Of a stretch of 51,576 nt of DNA, positions 32,840 through 45,795 are shown piece by piece. Origin of the DNA: Folioceros fuciformis. Taxonomy: Eukaryota. Positions within the stretch are counted from its first letter, which is position 1; the number at the start of each line of letters is the position of its first letter. Location of the stretch: positions 313,593 to 365,168 of the forward strand of contig JBNGIO010006320.1 in NCBI GenBank assembly GCA_049999805.1, given 5' to 3'. The position numbers and the translations under genes are program-made. The notes under the pieces are model-generated. The model was not told where the DNA came from. It did not search any database and saw nothing but the letters and a program-made list of their open reading frames with translations.

Positions 32840-34343
32840 GTTTTTGTTTGTTGTTAGTGGTGGCACTGGACACCTGAGGAACAAGTGTCAAAAAATCCAG
32901 AATTAGCTGAGCATACCTGGATCGAATGCATTTGCATTTCCCGTCTGTGCATTTGTCTTATAATGGAGATAGTCTTCCTCACCTCATTCATCTGCCACGT
33001 AAGCATCAGAAATCTGGTGAGTTTGAACCTGAAAACCTAAGACGAAACCAAGACAGGACGGAGAACCGAGGCAACACCATCTCAAAAGGTTGCTACGCGT
33101 AATTCATGAGAAAGAAAGGTTCAAAGATCGCTAGTGCCAGCAACACAAACCACCTGGTTAACATCCAAAGCTGATGTACACGGACTACGGAGTGTATGAC
33201 ACCGATACTTTGAAGCTGCCTCCAGACGATCACACTGAAAACATACTCAGCAAATGCTCATGATCAGGTACTGAGCAGCCTCGTATTATTCCACATTTGA
33301 AAACCAATGCATTTTAGAACTACCACACTTACCACCGTTGTGTGGAGCTTAGCCATCTCTTCCGCCATTGCGCCCAGATTGCTCTTGACCGAACTCTGCA
33401 CCATAAAATGTCAAGGTAATAATGGAACACAGGAACAGGATGGCACCAAGTAAGCATTTCCGGCTGACATTGTTTCATATACCTGTTCGGTCTTTGTCTG
33501 GGGCTGTCCGGTCTTTGTCTCACCGCTGGCTGGCTCACGGCGTTTTTCTAGTGATAGTAAAAGTTGAACTTGTTGTTCTGCCAAGCGAGAAACCTACAAA
33601 ACCAAGAAGTGGCAGTTAGACGTTCTGCTTATGCAGAGGAGAGGAGCCAAAGGGACGGGGAGATGAAACTTGAGATGCACGACATAGCATCTTTCAATCC
33701 CAACCTCTGCCGCTACCACATCCAGCTTAGACACAAGATCTTTGCTGGATCTGTTTCTCTCGTCGGCTGCCGTTGCCCTTGCTTCAGCCGCCGCAAGCCT
33801 TGCTTCAGCAGCCGCAATCCTTGCCTCAGCCGCCTGTGTACAGAATCGCAGAACCAGAGATAAGGGGGCAGCTCCTCGAAGGGACTGGTATCGGAAACAA
33901 ATTTTATAGCACTCATGAGAGAACACTGTAACATGTGGCCGTTACAGCGAGTTTGCGAGGGCCACCTGAAGCTGATCATTAACTGAGCTCTTCCGATCGG
34001 CTACAGACACGGATTTCTCATCCTTCGCAGGAGTTGCTTCCAGGACATTCTTAATGTCTGGGAATTCTTCTGCATGGCGCTCTTTTGCACCCTGATAAAC
34101 ACATCATCAAACAAGAAGCAAGATTGATGCAGTACAGAGCAAGTATTTCTCCCAGAAGCAAGGTTTATGACGAGAGTAATCGGGAGTTGGCACCGTCGGG
34201 GTCGGGGTCGATGAGTCCGTGATTGTCGTCGGCACAGTCGGGGTTGAGTCCATGATGATCCATGTGTCGAAATCAGAATCAGATTGTCCGATGGTCGGAG
34301 GGAATCTCCTTTCTTCCTCCAGCGGATATGACAATCCGGCCAT
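32840..34343 (-). pseudogene. Family Y copy 3: GC5/TMF-derived coiled-coil gene, more eroded; may be partly functional
   Basis: MAGLSYPLEEERRFPPTIGQSDSDFDTWIIMDSTPT / GAKERHAEEF...NDQLQ / AAEARIAAAEARLAAAEARATAADERNRSSKDL...ERCY / ...AEEMAKLHTT / CDRLEAAS... The downstream exons are shortened and appear to contain a stop. Its upstream region (~34360-34900) is paralogous to ~30900-31450. Confidence 0.55.
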
Positions 34344-36031
34344 ATCTGAATCTCTTCAAAATTGCAAGAAGCATGAAAATTAGAACTAGCGTGAGAATTC
34401 GAACTCCTACCTCTACCTCAGCTACCGGTTATCCTCCTCTATTATAGATCTACCGCTCTAATGCAGAAAGGAAGTGGCCTGGAATTCAATCGGCCCCGGG
34501 TACCTTGTCTGCAGCAAGGTGTTTCGAGTAAGGCTGACGGCACTCTTCGCGAATGGAATCCCACGTTCTTGGAGGTAATCTGGATGGAATAGAAAATCGG
34601 GTGCTGCCTCGCTGTGAAGACCTCTACCACCTCCTTCCATGGCTAGAAAACACAAACATGTTCCGCGTAAATGATAACGTAAAGACAGTGTACTAGCTTG
34701 GACGACGAAGGAGGAGCGAAATACGTTCAGATGGGTGCTGGTCCGCATGCGCAGTTCAGTCGGTGGTGTGGACAGAGCCGCCCGGCCATTAGTAGTGCCT
34801 CCAATACCATTTAGATATGTACTCCAGTGGATGGTCCTGGTTGGACGGGTACCGCATTGTTCCAGTTGCATGTCCCCACGATGTCCCACTTCATAGATCG
34901 TGCAGTTTGCTGAGCACACCATCCAGACGCTGTACCATTTATCGCTGACATGAGTGGTAAAGGTGGTGGCACTACAAAGCTGGAGTCTTTGCATTTGCAG
35001 TTCCTCCTAATCCGATGCAGTAGTTACTCCAGACGAAAAACGGAAAGCCCGATGAAGGATGTTGCATGCGGGAAAGTGTGGTGCAGAATCTATGGGCTTA
35101 CCGTCAGATCCATCCCAGAATCTATGGGCCCGTGCCAGGTGGCCTTGCATGCCAGGTGCCCTGAATGGCATCAAATCCCCAAGACCCTGTGACCGAAGGA
35201 GCTCCTAATATGCACACTCGAAGCAGTGTTGCGATGATAAGGTGGTCGAAGCTGGCAGATAAGTAGTGCAAAAAGACGTGCTTTCCCCGTACCCGCCCTG
35301 TGCATGGACGACGTCTAATGTGATCCCCTCTGCATTTTGCCTTTCGATGCCACAATAGAAATGTCCTGGGATGGACAGTGTCACTTGGATGTGTCAGGAA
35401 CCGCAAGCATCGAGCACAAGCCCACGAAGCAGGCGAGCAGACTACTCACCAACATGGTTGGTACCACATTTCGTCTCGATCCAGTCTGCTGAAAACTGAA
35501 ATCTCTTTTTCCTCGAGTGTCGGGGACAATCCGCCAATGGAGTAGAGATCGAGCATGTTACTAGCTGGTGGTGAAGAGCAATTTACTAGCTGGTAGTGGA
35601 AAGGACTCAACGCTGCCGCTTTAGTCTGACTGGTAAGCTCTTCAGCACAGTGGACCATACATACAAGCAAACCAGGAGTTGGCTCCCTGGCATGGTTGTT
35701 TAATATGCACAAGCACTAGTAAGGTAAGCTCAAGACAGGGCCACGCTTTACAGGATCTGCCTTTTTGCAGCTATTTAAATATGTGTGCAATTTTCTGCAG
35801 CGATGTATTGACATGTGGTGATGACAAGCAGATGTTGCCAGGCAGTGGAATCTACTTGACCTGCAGGTGCAACTGACAACGTCACATTCGGGCATACCAC
35901 GTGCGGTTCGCATCTGCTGGTGGTTTTGATTGGACGATTCCTTAGAGCTCTAGTCTTACCTACTGGCAGAGTCATCAGTTCCAGAGTTGTGACAGAACTC
36001 CAAAGTCCTAGACAGAATGATCATGCAGATT

Positions 36032-37480
36032 CTACTTCGCATCCTGGGATGGATTCGGGGCAACGGTTATGGTGACGTCGGATTCATCAGCAGGTGTACC
36101 CAGCCCGCGTTCCTTGGTGGTAGGTGAGCCAGTTTCGATGTTGCCTCCGGTTGTTTCTTCGTCACTGTACAGTTCTGTCTTTCCGTGGGTGGCAAGCGTG
36201 TCTTTCACGGACATGACCACCGGGATCGCACACACCACACCTAAAGCGACTAAAATCCAGTTGATGATGAGCTCCCACAAGTAGGACACCTTTTTGGCAT
36301 CCACCTGTGCCGCCATGGCGTTGCCCGCGTTCTGTATGGCCTTGTAGAAACCAGAAAACCGGGCTGCTTGCTCCGAGTTGTTGGTGAGAGCTCCCAAGAG
36401 CCAGTATATGTAAGTTTGCCAGAAGGCATCAAACAGACCGTAGCAAGTGTATAGGACAACGGGGCCGGCGTAGCTACTGCTCTTGGCAAGATCGAGCAGC
36501 TTGTCGTCGCTGAGCAGCTTCACGGACTCCCTGGTGAAGGTGAGCTGAAATGCGAGCCCTCCCCCCCAGACCGACACCACCAGCACGGCCAGAATGGCCA
36601 GCCCCAGCCACGCCCTGCCGCTTCTCCGCATGAACCGGTTGTCAAGAGTGTGGCCCATCACGTTGGACCCTAGGACCTGCGCTGCCCAGTACAACGCGCC
36701 ATTGAATGCTCGGGAGCGGATGCTGAACTTGCCACCTCCGTTCACATCGTTGAACTGGTAGGTGTAGAACCAGTTAGAGCAGATGAACATGGGGACCAGA
36801 GTCACCATCCTCCAGTCGCCGAAGAGTTTGAAAATCTCCACAGCCTCCGTCCTCCAATCCGAGTACTTGTAAGGAGAGACAGCCGTCCCGTCATCCCGAA
36901 TCACCTTGCTCGGCGGGAGGAGAAGCACAGACAGGATGGCTCCGAATGCCATTATCGCCATGAAGGCGATATAGGTTCCATTCCCCACATGGGATTTGGA
37001 ATTTCCCCATTCGATGATGAGCGCCACGACGGATCCCAGAGTGCCTCCCAGATTGAAAATTCCCCAGAAAATGCCTATGAACTTGCCCTTGTCTTTCTCG
37101 TCAGGATATGAGATCATGATGGCCCCCTGAGCTGCCCACAGGAAGCCAGCCCCCACTCCCAGCACAGCCCCAGCGAAGATGACGAAGAAGGCATTGTAGG
37201 ACAGATAGGAACCCACATACAAGACGTAGGTGAGACCCCCAAGAAGCAGCGTCAGGCGATGGCCGACCACGTTGAACACTCCTCCAGCCAGCAAAGAGAA
37301 CACAGCAAACGTCACTGAGAGAGCAGTGTTGGCGTTGTCAGTGATGGTGGACTCAGCCTTCCCTGCACCTCCTAGCCCACCAAGAGCATTGAACATGCCT
37401 GGACAGCAGAAACAAATGACACCAAGCAGAACCACTTGCGCCAATGGGCTCCGATATCGAAATCGCTCGAATGTCTTCAT
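36032..37480 (-). CDS. UNC-93-like MFS membrane protein (intronless)
   Basis: YRSPLAQVVLLGVICFCCPGMFNALGGLG, LWAAQGAIMISYP...KGKFIGIFWGIFNLGG, SNWFYTYQFN, RFSGFYKAIQNAG; about 12 hydrophobic helices. First ATG at 37480. Confidence 0.92.
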   Translation of the reverse strand: MKTFERFRYRSPLAQVVLLGVICFCCPGMFNALGGLGGAGKAESTITDNANTALSVTFAVFSLLAGGVFNVVGHRLTLLLGGLTYVLYVGSYLSYNAFFVIFAGAVLGVGAGFLWAAQGAIMISYPDEKDKGKFIGIFWGIFNLGGTLGSVVALIIEWGNSKSHVGNGTYIAFMAIMAFGAILSVLLLPPSKVIRDDGTAVSPYKYSDWRTEAVEIFKLFGDWRMVTLVPMFICSNWFYTYQFNDVNGGGKFSIRSRAFNGALYWAAQVLGSNVMGHTLDNRFMRRSGRAWLGLAILAVLVVSVWGGGLAFQLTFTRESVKLLSDDKLLDLAKSSSYAGPVVLYTCYGLFDAFWQTYIYWLLGALTNNSEQAARFSGFYKAIQNAGNAMAAQVDAKKVSYLWELIINWILVALGVVCAIPVVMSVKDTLATHGKTELYSDEETTGGNIETGSPTTKERGLGTPADESDVTITVAPNPSQDAK

Positions 37481-38199
37481 GGTATCCAATGGATAACATT
37501 CAGCAAGAGAACTTCACTGTCTTACAGGATTCGACTGGAAGCTCTTACGCTCTTTACGCTCTTATACAGACAACCCCGTCGTGTCCGGGTATTAGTAAAC
37601 GAAAGTCAGTCCAAAACTAAAGCCGGCACCATAGGGGGAGCCGACTTGTTGGCACCTTCCTGGCCGGCAAAGAGTAACTGTTCCGACACAGATAGTAACT
37701 ACAACACCAGGCACTCTGCTTGGTTACTTCGTATATTCTCTATCCACTGAATCAAGTGGTGTAATCATACATGTCCAGCAGTATGGTTCGCATCCCAGCT
37801 TGGTGCTTTAAAGCCCTACTGTCCACAGAAGCAACGACAAATTCACGACAAATTCATCAAATCGACCTTCAAGGGAGTTGTCGTCTTGGAGTCGCTGGCG
37901 TCATCAGCCACCCCATGACCGACGACTTCCGAGGAGAAGGCTTCATAGGAAAGTACAACAGTTTTGTACAACCTGCCCGACTCCTGTTACGTGGACATCC
38001 TACACCCCTCAACACTATGAACTCACAGAAGGCAAGGGAAGCTTCCAGAAACTCTACTTTGAACACCAGTTGATTGCCTTCGTCAGTACACTTCCGGCAT
38101 GACGAGGCCTTTCATCATGAAAAGAGGTGCAGGTGGCGCCACCATAATGGCCCCTGGAGGAGCAGAAGGAATTATGCAAGCAAAATTGTGTGGATTCGT

Positions 38200-41100
38200 C
38201 TACCTGGTAGCACTGAGCCTCTCAATCTGCACATGACACATCATTTTTAGCTTGCCACAACTGGGAACACGCGAGTGGTGCCGGCTGCTTACAAAAACGT
38301 CTTCGAAATATCTCCAACAAGCATACCTGGCCCACAAGCAGATCTATTTGCTCCCTGTACATTTGTTTGACGTCTGCAAGGTCTGCCCTCAACTCTTCCA
38401 CCTGCAACGTGAACACGGCAAAATATGACGACTCTTGATGCTGGACCACCTCTGAACGTTGCCAATGTTGTGCGCCATCACTCATCCGGAAGGTTCAAAT
38501 TCTGCAACTGCCTGCAAAGTAGATTACCTCTTCATCACGTTCCCCCATGAGCTCCAAAGCTGACGTGTGTCGACGGCGGAGTGAATCAAACTCAGCGCGC
38601 AAGGCAGGTAGTGAAGATGCCTCCAGACGATACTGTTCACACTGAAAAACACAGCAGATACTAAGGCTAAATTTCATCAAGTACGCTAAGAATCCTAGCC
38701 CACATTCTAAAACCGAATGTACCTGTGTGGTGAGCTTCACAAGCTCTTCTGCCAGTGAGTTCCGAGTACTTTCCAAAGAATTCTGCATCAACGAGTATAA
38801 AGTGACCCAACAGGATAACAAAAGTACTAAATGAAATACCAAACCAAGAGCGTAAGATTCCTGCTTACTCCAGACCTAACGACCCTGACTCCAGACCTCG
38901 CTGGATCACTTTCACTACAAAAACCAGCCGTTGAGATACATACCAGTCGGGCCGCGTATGATGCCAGTTCTCCTTCTTTCTGTCGTAGGTGGGCTTCTAC
39001 CTGCTCCAATGTAGCAGGTGTGATAAAGCCTTTGCCAAAATGTGTGGGATCACTGAAACTAAATCTTTCACCAAATTGTCGGTCTGAGTCCAAGGTTGTC
39101 TGGAGATAATAGCTCTCTTCTACGCTGCCAGCACTGCTTCCACTGGGCAATCTTCTGAGGCTTCTAGTAGAGCCTGGCAAGGAGGAAACACGTAAGTCCT
39201 GGTGAACAGACAACCGGCTATTACCAGCAGACCTTGTTGCAAAAGTTGCAGGAAACTCTGACTTACTATATTCTGTCTGAGAGTTATGTGCGACATTATT
39301 CTTATCATTCGCCCAACCATCTGAAGGCACCCTCTTCTCAAATTCTGCTACTGCTTGACGTGCCTGTTCAAGCTTCTGCACAGCCAGGCATGCCTGGCTT
39401 TAACTCCTAATTTGAAGGCAAGGGCTCATACTCATCAACATGCAAGCGGTGTTCCACATACCTGCTCCAAAACCTCCCTGCTGGCTCGCTCCTCCGCTGA
39501 ACTACGCTTAATTTTCTTTTTCAACTCATTGAGTTCTTCTTCTAACTGCTTGTTTCGAATATCCTGATTAGCAGCTGATTCAGCAGCAGCTAGGTACTCT
39601 TGACGGTTCTCAAGAGCTCGCTGTCTTTCCTTTTCTACTGATCGTTGAAGTTGAGCTTGTTCTGCTCTCAAGCAAGAAAGCTGCAGAAACAAGGAATGAG
39701 AGATAAGACACTCCTCTTATACACAGAAGAGAAGTGGAGAAACTTGAGGTGCATGCCATAGCTAGTCTGAACCACAAACCTGTGCCTCCATCACAGCCAT
39801 CCTAGATAATGTCTGAGATAGGCGATCATTGCTCGATCTCTCTCTCTCCTGGGCTGCAGCAGCCCTCGCTTCTGCCTCCTGTGTGCACATGACACTACCA
39901 GAATTAAGGAGGCACCAGCACAAAGGTAGTGGAAAAGGAAACAAAACGTAATGAAGCACATAAGGTAACAATTTAACATGAAGCCTTTGGAGCGATGGTG
40001 TGAAGCGCAACCTGAAGCCGAGCATTTAAGGACCTCTCGGCTGCAGACCATGCCTCAGCTTTCACAGCAGTTGCTTCCTGCGATTGAAAACATCACGTTT
40101 AAGACCCACATGCCAATACAAGGTAACTGCACACTTCACAGACCAAAAGAGAGAACTTCTTCCCAGTCCGTGGGATCACCTGCAGTGCTTCAATCTGACG
40201 AAGCAGTGGCCTCGTAGACTCAGGCATGTTTGCCAGGAGCTCTGCATATCGCTCTTCTGCACCCTGTCACAGCCATCAAGGACTTATAAGGCAAGATGTA
40301 GAAGACAATATGATGACGCAGAGGACATAGTGACTAACAAGACAATCACTCTTACAAATTCAAGAAATCAATACTGACAAAGACCAACCTTGCAGCGATT
40401 TTCCAACTCTTCCATGTCCCTTTGAAGCATGTCCTCTCGATGAGCAGCCTAACACCAACATAAGTAACAAACAATGTGAACACACTGCATCCCGAGCTGT
40501 TAGACCAACCAGAGTGTGCACAATGGCATACCAGCTGGTCAGCTTTACTCAAGGCATGGCGCAGTTCGTCTAGTGTTTGTAGCAACGTTGCTTCCCGCTC
40601 TGATGCCTCTCGCACACGTCTATCAAGGTCTGCCTTGGCATCACTATTTGCACGTGCCTCTGCTTGAGCTTCAGCTTCTCTGGCCTCATGCAGGAGATTA
40701 ACATAGTACTCCTTCTGAGCAGCAAGTTCTGCCTGGCCCTTTTCTACAGCTTCTTGCAAGGCCTTCTCTGTTGCAGCTTTGTCCTTTCTAATGCTTTCCA
40801 CTTTTGCCTCTTCCACCTGTTTCATGACCCTTCACGTCAGAAAGTTCTTTCCCTGGGGCTGAGACGTCAAACGAAAGACCACAGCTCACTTTGCTGCTGA
40901 GCAAGTTGTATGATATCAATCTACACCCTTGAAACATCACAAAATCTTCTGCAAGGGTGGACTACAACTTATCTTCTTCCAACAGACAGCAAACGTCAGG
41001 AAGAATATTCCACCTGTAACCTAGAATTCAACCGTGACTTCTCTTCTTCCAACTCCCGGATCTACGTAAAAGAAACGATCTTTAGGTCCATGAGACAGGA

Positions 41101-42889
41101 ACCGCCAACAATCTGCATTACAAAACACTCTCAAACAATACTCGTACCTGGGCCCGCAGTTTCTTCATGTGAGCTTCTTGTGCTGCCTGTTTTTTAGAAA
41201 GCTCTTCACCTGGCCCAAAGGAGGGTCGCGTCTACTGAGTAAATGGCGAGAGAAAACGACAATGACCCAGACCTCTCGCCACACTCCTGAAAAACGACTC
41301 AACCACAAGCGCGTGTCCAACCTTGGTGTTACCTTCAGCCATGACTTGTTTGATGATCTCATCTTTCTCTTTCAGAAGTGGAGATGAGTCACTTTTTCGA
41401 CTCTGCTCTCTTCTCAGCATATCCCTTTCCTTAGTTAAGGCATAAACCTTCAAAAACAAGGGAGTGCTCGAAACAGTTGGTTTTTCAATTCGGGGCAGCC
41501 TATGACCAGAGCAAAAGAAATGCGCATGAATATGAGTGACTTGAAAAGCCATTCATATTGACCACGTCTTCACATGAAGACGTGGTCAATATGAGTGGCC
41601 TTTCAAGTCTTTCTCCAGTTATGAGAAAGAGAAAGAATGTCATACCTTCCGCTCAGCAGTCCCGAGTCGATGCTGGTACTCTTGTCTCAATGCTTCCAGT
41701 TCAGCATCAGATGACTTGCTCTGCCACCACCGAATAACTGAGTTGAAGAGACACAAAGAGTCCTTCCTCGAGAGTGAGACCTAACGCTCAATACATTCGA
41801 CTCACCTTCAACTCAGCAATAGTAGCCTTCAGATCTTCATTTTCGATGAGCAGCCTCGAGATCTCATCAGCCTTTGCCTGCCAACAAGCAGCATCCCATA
41901 CCAAAATGAAAAATCCAACCAGGCCTCATATTTAGAGATTATCGACAACAAACATAACATTACTGGAGCTCGGCCCTCATCTCAGGCACCGCCAATGCCA
42001 GAAGAAGGATCTTCAACGGACTCCTACCTGTGCTTGTCTCGCGGCGCCCTGCAGAGCAGCCTCCAGCATTTGCATTTCTCTTCCTCCCCCATGCTTGTCC
42101 TCTGCATCAGAGGACCTAACCACAGGGAAATTGATGACTCCATTTGCCTTCCCATCATGCTGTTCTCCACCAGGAGATCTATCTGCAACTATCGGTCGAG
42201 CTTCTACAAAATCCTCCGCCTTCTCTCCTTCAGTACTCTCATGCACTACTTCCCCATTCGCACTAGGAGCCTTCGTCACCTCCATCTCAACCTCTTCCAA
42301 AACCGTAGCTGGAAGACTGCCGACCTGAACCAAGGGAGGCTCACCGGCACTCTGCATCTGCTCCGAAGATCTATCACGCTGCAAAGCCTGCACCACCTGA
42401 TCATCTCCATCCCCCCCCCCTCTTCCCTCTTCCGACCGAACCTCGCCCTCCCCCTCCTGCGGATCTTGACTGGCTCCATCCGGCACTGCAGAGCCACCTG
42501 CTGGTGCCGCATCCTCTGCTGATCTAGGCTCCGGTAGCACGGGCTCCACCACCGCCTCACTCGCTGGTGCTGGTGCTGGCGCTTGTGCTGGTGTTGGCGC
42601 TGGCTCTGGCTCTAGCTCTGGCTCTAGCTCTGGCTCTGGCTCTGGCTCGGGAACAACAACTGCACAATTGGGAGCAAAGTGGATGAGCTACAAAGGAATT
42701 GGCAGAAATGCCACATCCCACCAGATAGCTTGCAGCATCACCTGGTGCAGGAGCATCGCTCCTGACCTCGAAACCAAGGGCGGAGTCGAAATTCTTCTCG
42801 ATGGACTTGACACCCTCGCTGAGCTTAGTGACAACCAAGTCCCCGAGATTGAGGTTGTTGAGGTTGTTCAAGGACGTGAACCACGCCAT
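38200..42889 (-). CDS. GC5: Golgin candidate 5 / TATA element modulatory factor (TMF)-like golgin, multi-exon
   Basis: N-terminus MAWF...LGDL..KLSEGVKSIEKNFDSALG; MLEAALQGAARQAQ; VYALTKERDMLRRE; LLKEKDEIIKQVMAEG; LRQKEGELASY; C-terminal SLAEELVKLT...SALELMGERDEEVEELRADLADVKQMYREQIDLLV; last exon IERLSATR* (stop 38200-38202). Confidence 0.92.
41538..41609. repeat. Near-perfect inverted repeat (35-bp arms, 2-nt loop) in a GC5 intron
   Basis: GACTTGAAAAGCCATTCATATTGACCACGTCTTCA-CA-TGAAGACGTGGTCAATATGAGTGGCCTTTCAAGTC; 2 mismatches between the arms. Confidence 0.92.
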
Positions 42890-44151
42890 CCCGACCGCGT
42901 GGCTGGATCCGGTAGCCTTGCCAGTCTGATGTGATTGCCCCGGGAGGGGCCCCTCCCGCTTCCAGCAGGTAAAGATCTCAGAAGATCTCTGCTACAGGGT
43001 CAGAACCCCATCACCCAGGTCGCCGCTCCCCAAGATTCCACTCTGGATCCTTCACAAGCCTGCTGCGGGAACAGGACTTGGCAAGCTTGCCACTGTCCAG
43101 TTCAAGTTTTATTGATAACGTCTCGCGCTGAGGGAGTCCTGCCTGCACGCCCTTCCTAGGTCCACTACCGTTCAATATTCAGTGGACGCTCTTTAGAAGT
43201 GATGAAAACCAGTTGTATCATTTGTCCTCTATGCACTGCAGCTTATATGTGTGTGCCTGGTCTCTCTCACCGAATCAAGGCTCTATAGAAGCTGGACGAT
43301 CTCGGGAAATGCTGGCCACAACCTGCAGTGGAATGCTTCGTGCCTTGACCCCCAGCTTGGCATGGTAGGACGATCGTAAGGCGTCCAGTTGCTCACATCG
43401 GATAAACTAGTGGGATGTCAACACAACGCTGAGTGTTTGTTAGTCTCAGTCTATTGCTTTGGGATGACTTTAGGGCAAACTACCTATGTCTTTGCCATCG
43501 TCGTCTTGGTGTGCCGGACAGCTTACGCTCTTCAGTGTAGTCGATAAGACTGATGAAGCGTTACCTGCGTTCGTGCATGCTGGGTAGTGAAGCGTTCATA
43601 ACATGCTGGCAGCCCGATCGGGCCTTCAATTGCACCGTCGTTCAAGTCAAGCTGACGGGAAAAGCTGTAGGAACCAGAGAATCCTAACCCTATGACAGCT
43701 CTTTTTCCGTCACGACGTCTCTGCAGTCTGTCACGTCAGAGGACGGTGGAAAGTGGGATGATACTTTATGTCAACTCTATTTATACCGCACTCTTGTGCT
43801 GAGAACAAAAACTGGCCAGATCTGCGCCACTAAGTCATTCCCACGCTATGGAGACAACATCTGGTATGTAAGAATAAGCTGCAACTTGCTTGAAGCACAG
43901 CACGGGTTGTGGGGGTCTTCGTTCAGAGCACCAAGGCTAGTCCACATGCCTCACACTTGCCACAACTTCCATGCACAAATTCTTTTTCTAATAAGAGACG
44001 CATGAAAGACGAAACATCCGAAATTCGCAAGGAATCCCGCTGAATCCCATCTCGCTCCAGTTCGAGGGTTGCCAAACCTGAGGACATTTTCTGAAAAGTG
44101 TACTAAGCTTTTGCCATCAACTGCAAGCCTGCCTCTTCAGAGAGTGAGCTC

Positions 44152-45001
44152 TCATTTCTTGTACCACAGTGTTAAGTCTTTACGGCGCCGGATCTTCTTC
44201 AGCAATTGCAATAGGCCATAAAGGAGGGCCTCGGCAGTTGGAGGACAACCAGGAACGTAGATATCTACAGGCACAATGCGATCGCAACCCCGCACAACAG
44301 AGTACGAGTAATGATAATAACCTCCTCCGTTGGCACAGCTTCCCATAGAGATAACCCAACGAGGGTCCGGCATCTGGTCATACACTCTGGAGACATGCCG
44401 AAGAAAGAACGAATTAGCCACCAGTTCTCCCAAATTCCCGAAACCTCTCACCCGGCTTCAAGAGTTGCAACCTACATCTCAGCTGATAAAGACCACTACA
44501 CAGGCGGGAGACCCTCACCAGAGACAGGATCCATCACGCGCAGGCGACAATTCAGCACAAAATCTCAACCCTAGATTGCACCATGAAAACGAGTACCACA
44601 AGATCGAAATCAGGGGCAACTCACTTGCGCAGAGCAGGCGCCATCTTGTTGGTCAAAGTCCCCGCCACGATCATACAGTCCGACTGCCGAGGGCTGGGCC
44701 TGAAGATTATGCCGAATCTGTCAAGATCATAGCGTGCTGCTCCCGTGTGCATCATCTCCACTGCGCAGCAGGCCAGGCCAAAGGTCATGGGCCACAGGGA
44801 CCCCGTCCTGGCCCAGTTCATCAACGCATCCACCTTCGTCGTCACATACTCCGCGCCCTTGGACGGCTCCAAGGATGCATGGGAAGCTCCGACGAGCGCT
44901 GGCACACTGGTGTGCAAAACCCTGCAAGACCCCAGCCCGCTCTGCATCAACCGGGACGAGCCAGCGGCAGCCGCCTGCGCTGCCCGCGGCAGCAGCGCCA
45001 T
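44152..45001 (-). CDS. NDUFS7: NADH:ubiquinone oxidoreductase PSST (20 kDa Fe-S) subunit, mitochondrial (203 aa)
   Basis: Exons 44625..45001 and 44152..44386. [72 protein letters not shown]; presequence-like MALLPRAAQ. Confidence 0.97.
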
Positions 45002-45795
45002 TGCTATCCTCGCCTTTCTCCTCTTACGGCAGCTGGAGCCACAGATCAACCGTCTCCGATCCTCCTCCCTCCCGCGCACCTCCCGCTCCCGACTCCCACC
45101 AAGTACCCCCTGACAACAAAACAGACGCCGTCTAAAAACCCCAACGGGACGGCGTCACTTGGTCCCAGAGCGTGCCAAGTCCGCACGGCCAGGTCACGGT
45201 AAGCTCCGAACCACGTCGGCGCCAAGTAAGTGTCACAGGAAGGGGGATAGTCCAGTCGACGTCTGTTTTAGTCGGATTTCCGGTGGTGACGACAGCGGGA
45301 CGTGCTCAGGCTGCAGTGACGCAAACCGGAAAGGTGTGTGGGTGTGCGCACATATCGAGAGCCATGTTCTCAATTATTGTAGCTGAAGCTGAGAAATATT
45401 GCAGGAACTGGCAAGGTTTATAAGTGACGTGAGGAGGTGCCAAATATCGGGGAAGGAAGCTCTCGAGTGAGTTGCTCCCCGTCGAATTTTCGAGAACATG
45501 GCAGCAAAGCACCTTTCCAACAATCTCGCCAGCTTTGACCCGGAACAGATTTTCTCAGACCGGACACTATATATGTGGCCAGAGTGCAGACTAGAAAGCT
45601 GATTTGTTGAGCGGACGTCTCAAGTCGACAGCTTCGTGGCAGAGAAGAATTTGTACATTCAGGAGCAGCATATTCGAATAAATCGTGTCTCACAAAACGG
45701 GGCGCAGTACATGTCATGGTGCGGAGGTCTGCTGTACCGGGAGCTGGTGAGGTGACGGATTAGAGGAGGCGGGGACGGAGAGGGTGCTTTCAGAA

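Noticed and set aside
33945-33990. Apparent ubiquitin-interacting motif DQLQVALANSL / DQLQAVLAQSL in family Y
   Set aside because: A CAG|GT donor falls right after DQLQ in copies 2 and 3, and phase-0 splicing to the AAEAR exon is clean. The VALA..SL part is most likely intron.
34107-34190. Apparent transmembrane segment (YLLCTASILLLV) in Y copy 3
   Set aside because: It coincides with a pyrimidine-rich intron 3' end before the ATCAG acceptor.
34900-35980. Several short ORFs and splice-like signals between Y copy 3 and the UNC-93-like gene
   Set aside because: I could not assemble a coherent gene or recognise any motif.
42557-42650. (RA)n repeat protein in the ORF track
   Set aside because: Wrong frame. 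It is the GAGCCA microsatellite encoding EPEPEP...APAPAP in GC5 exon 2.
44330-45202. 290-aa plus-strand ORF
   Set aside because: Antisense to the PSST gene; no independent support.
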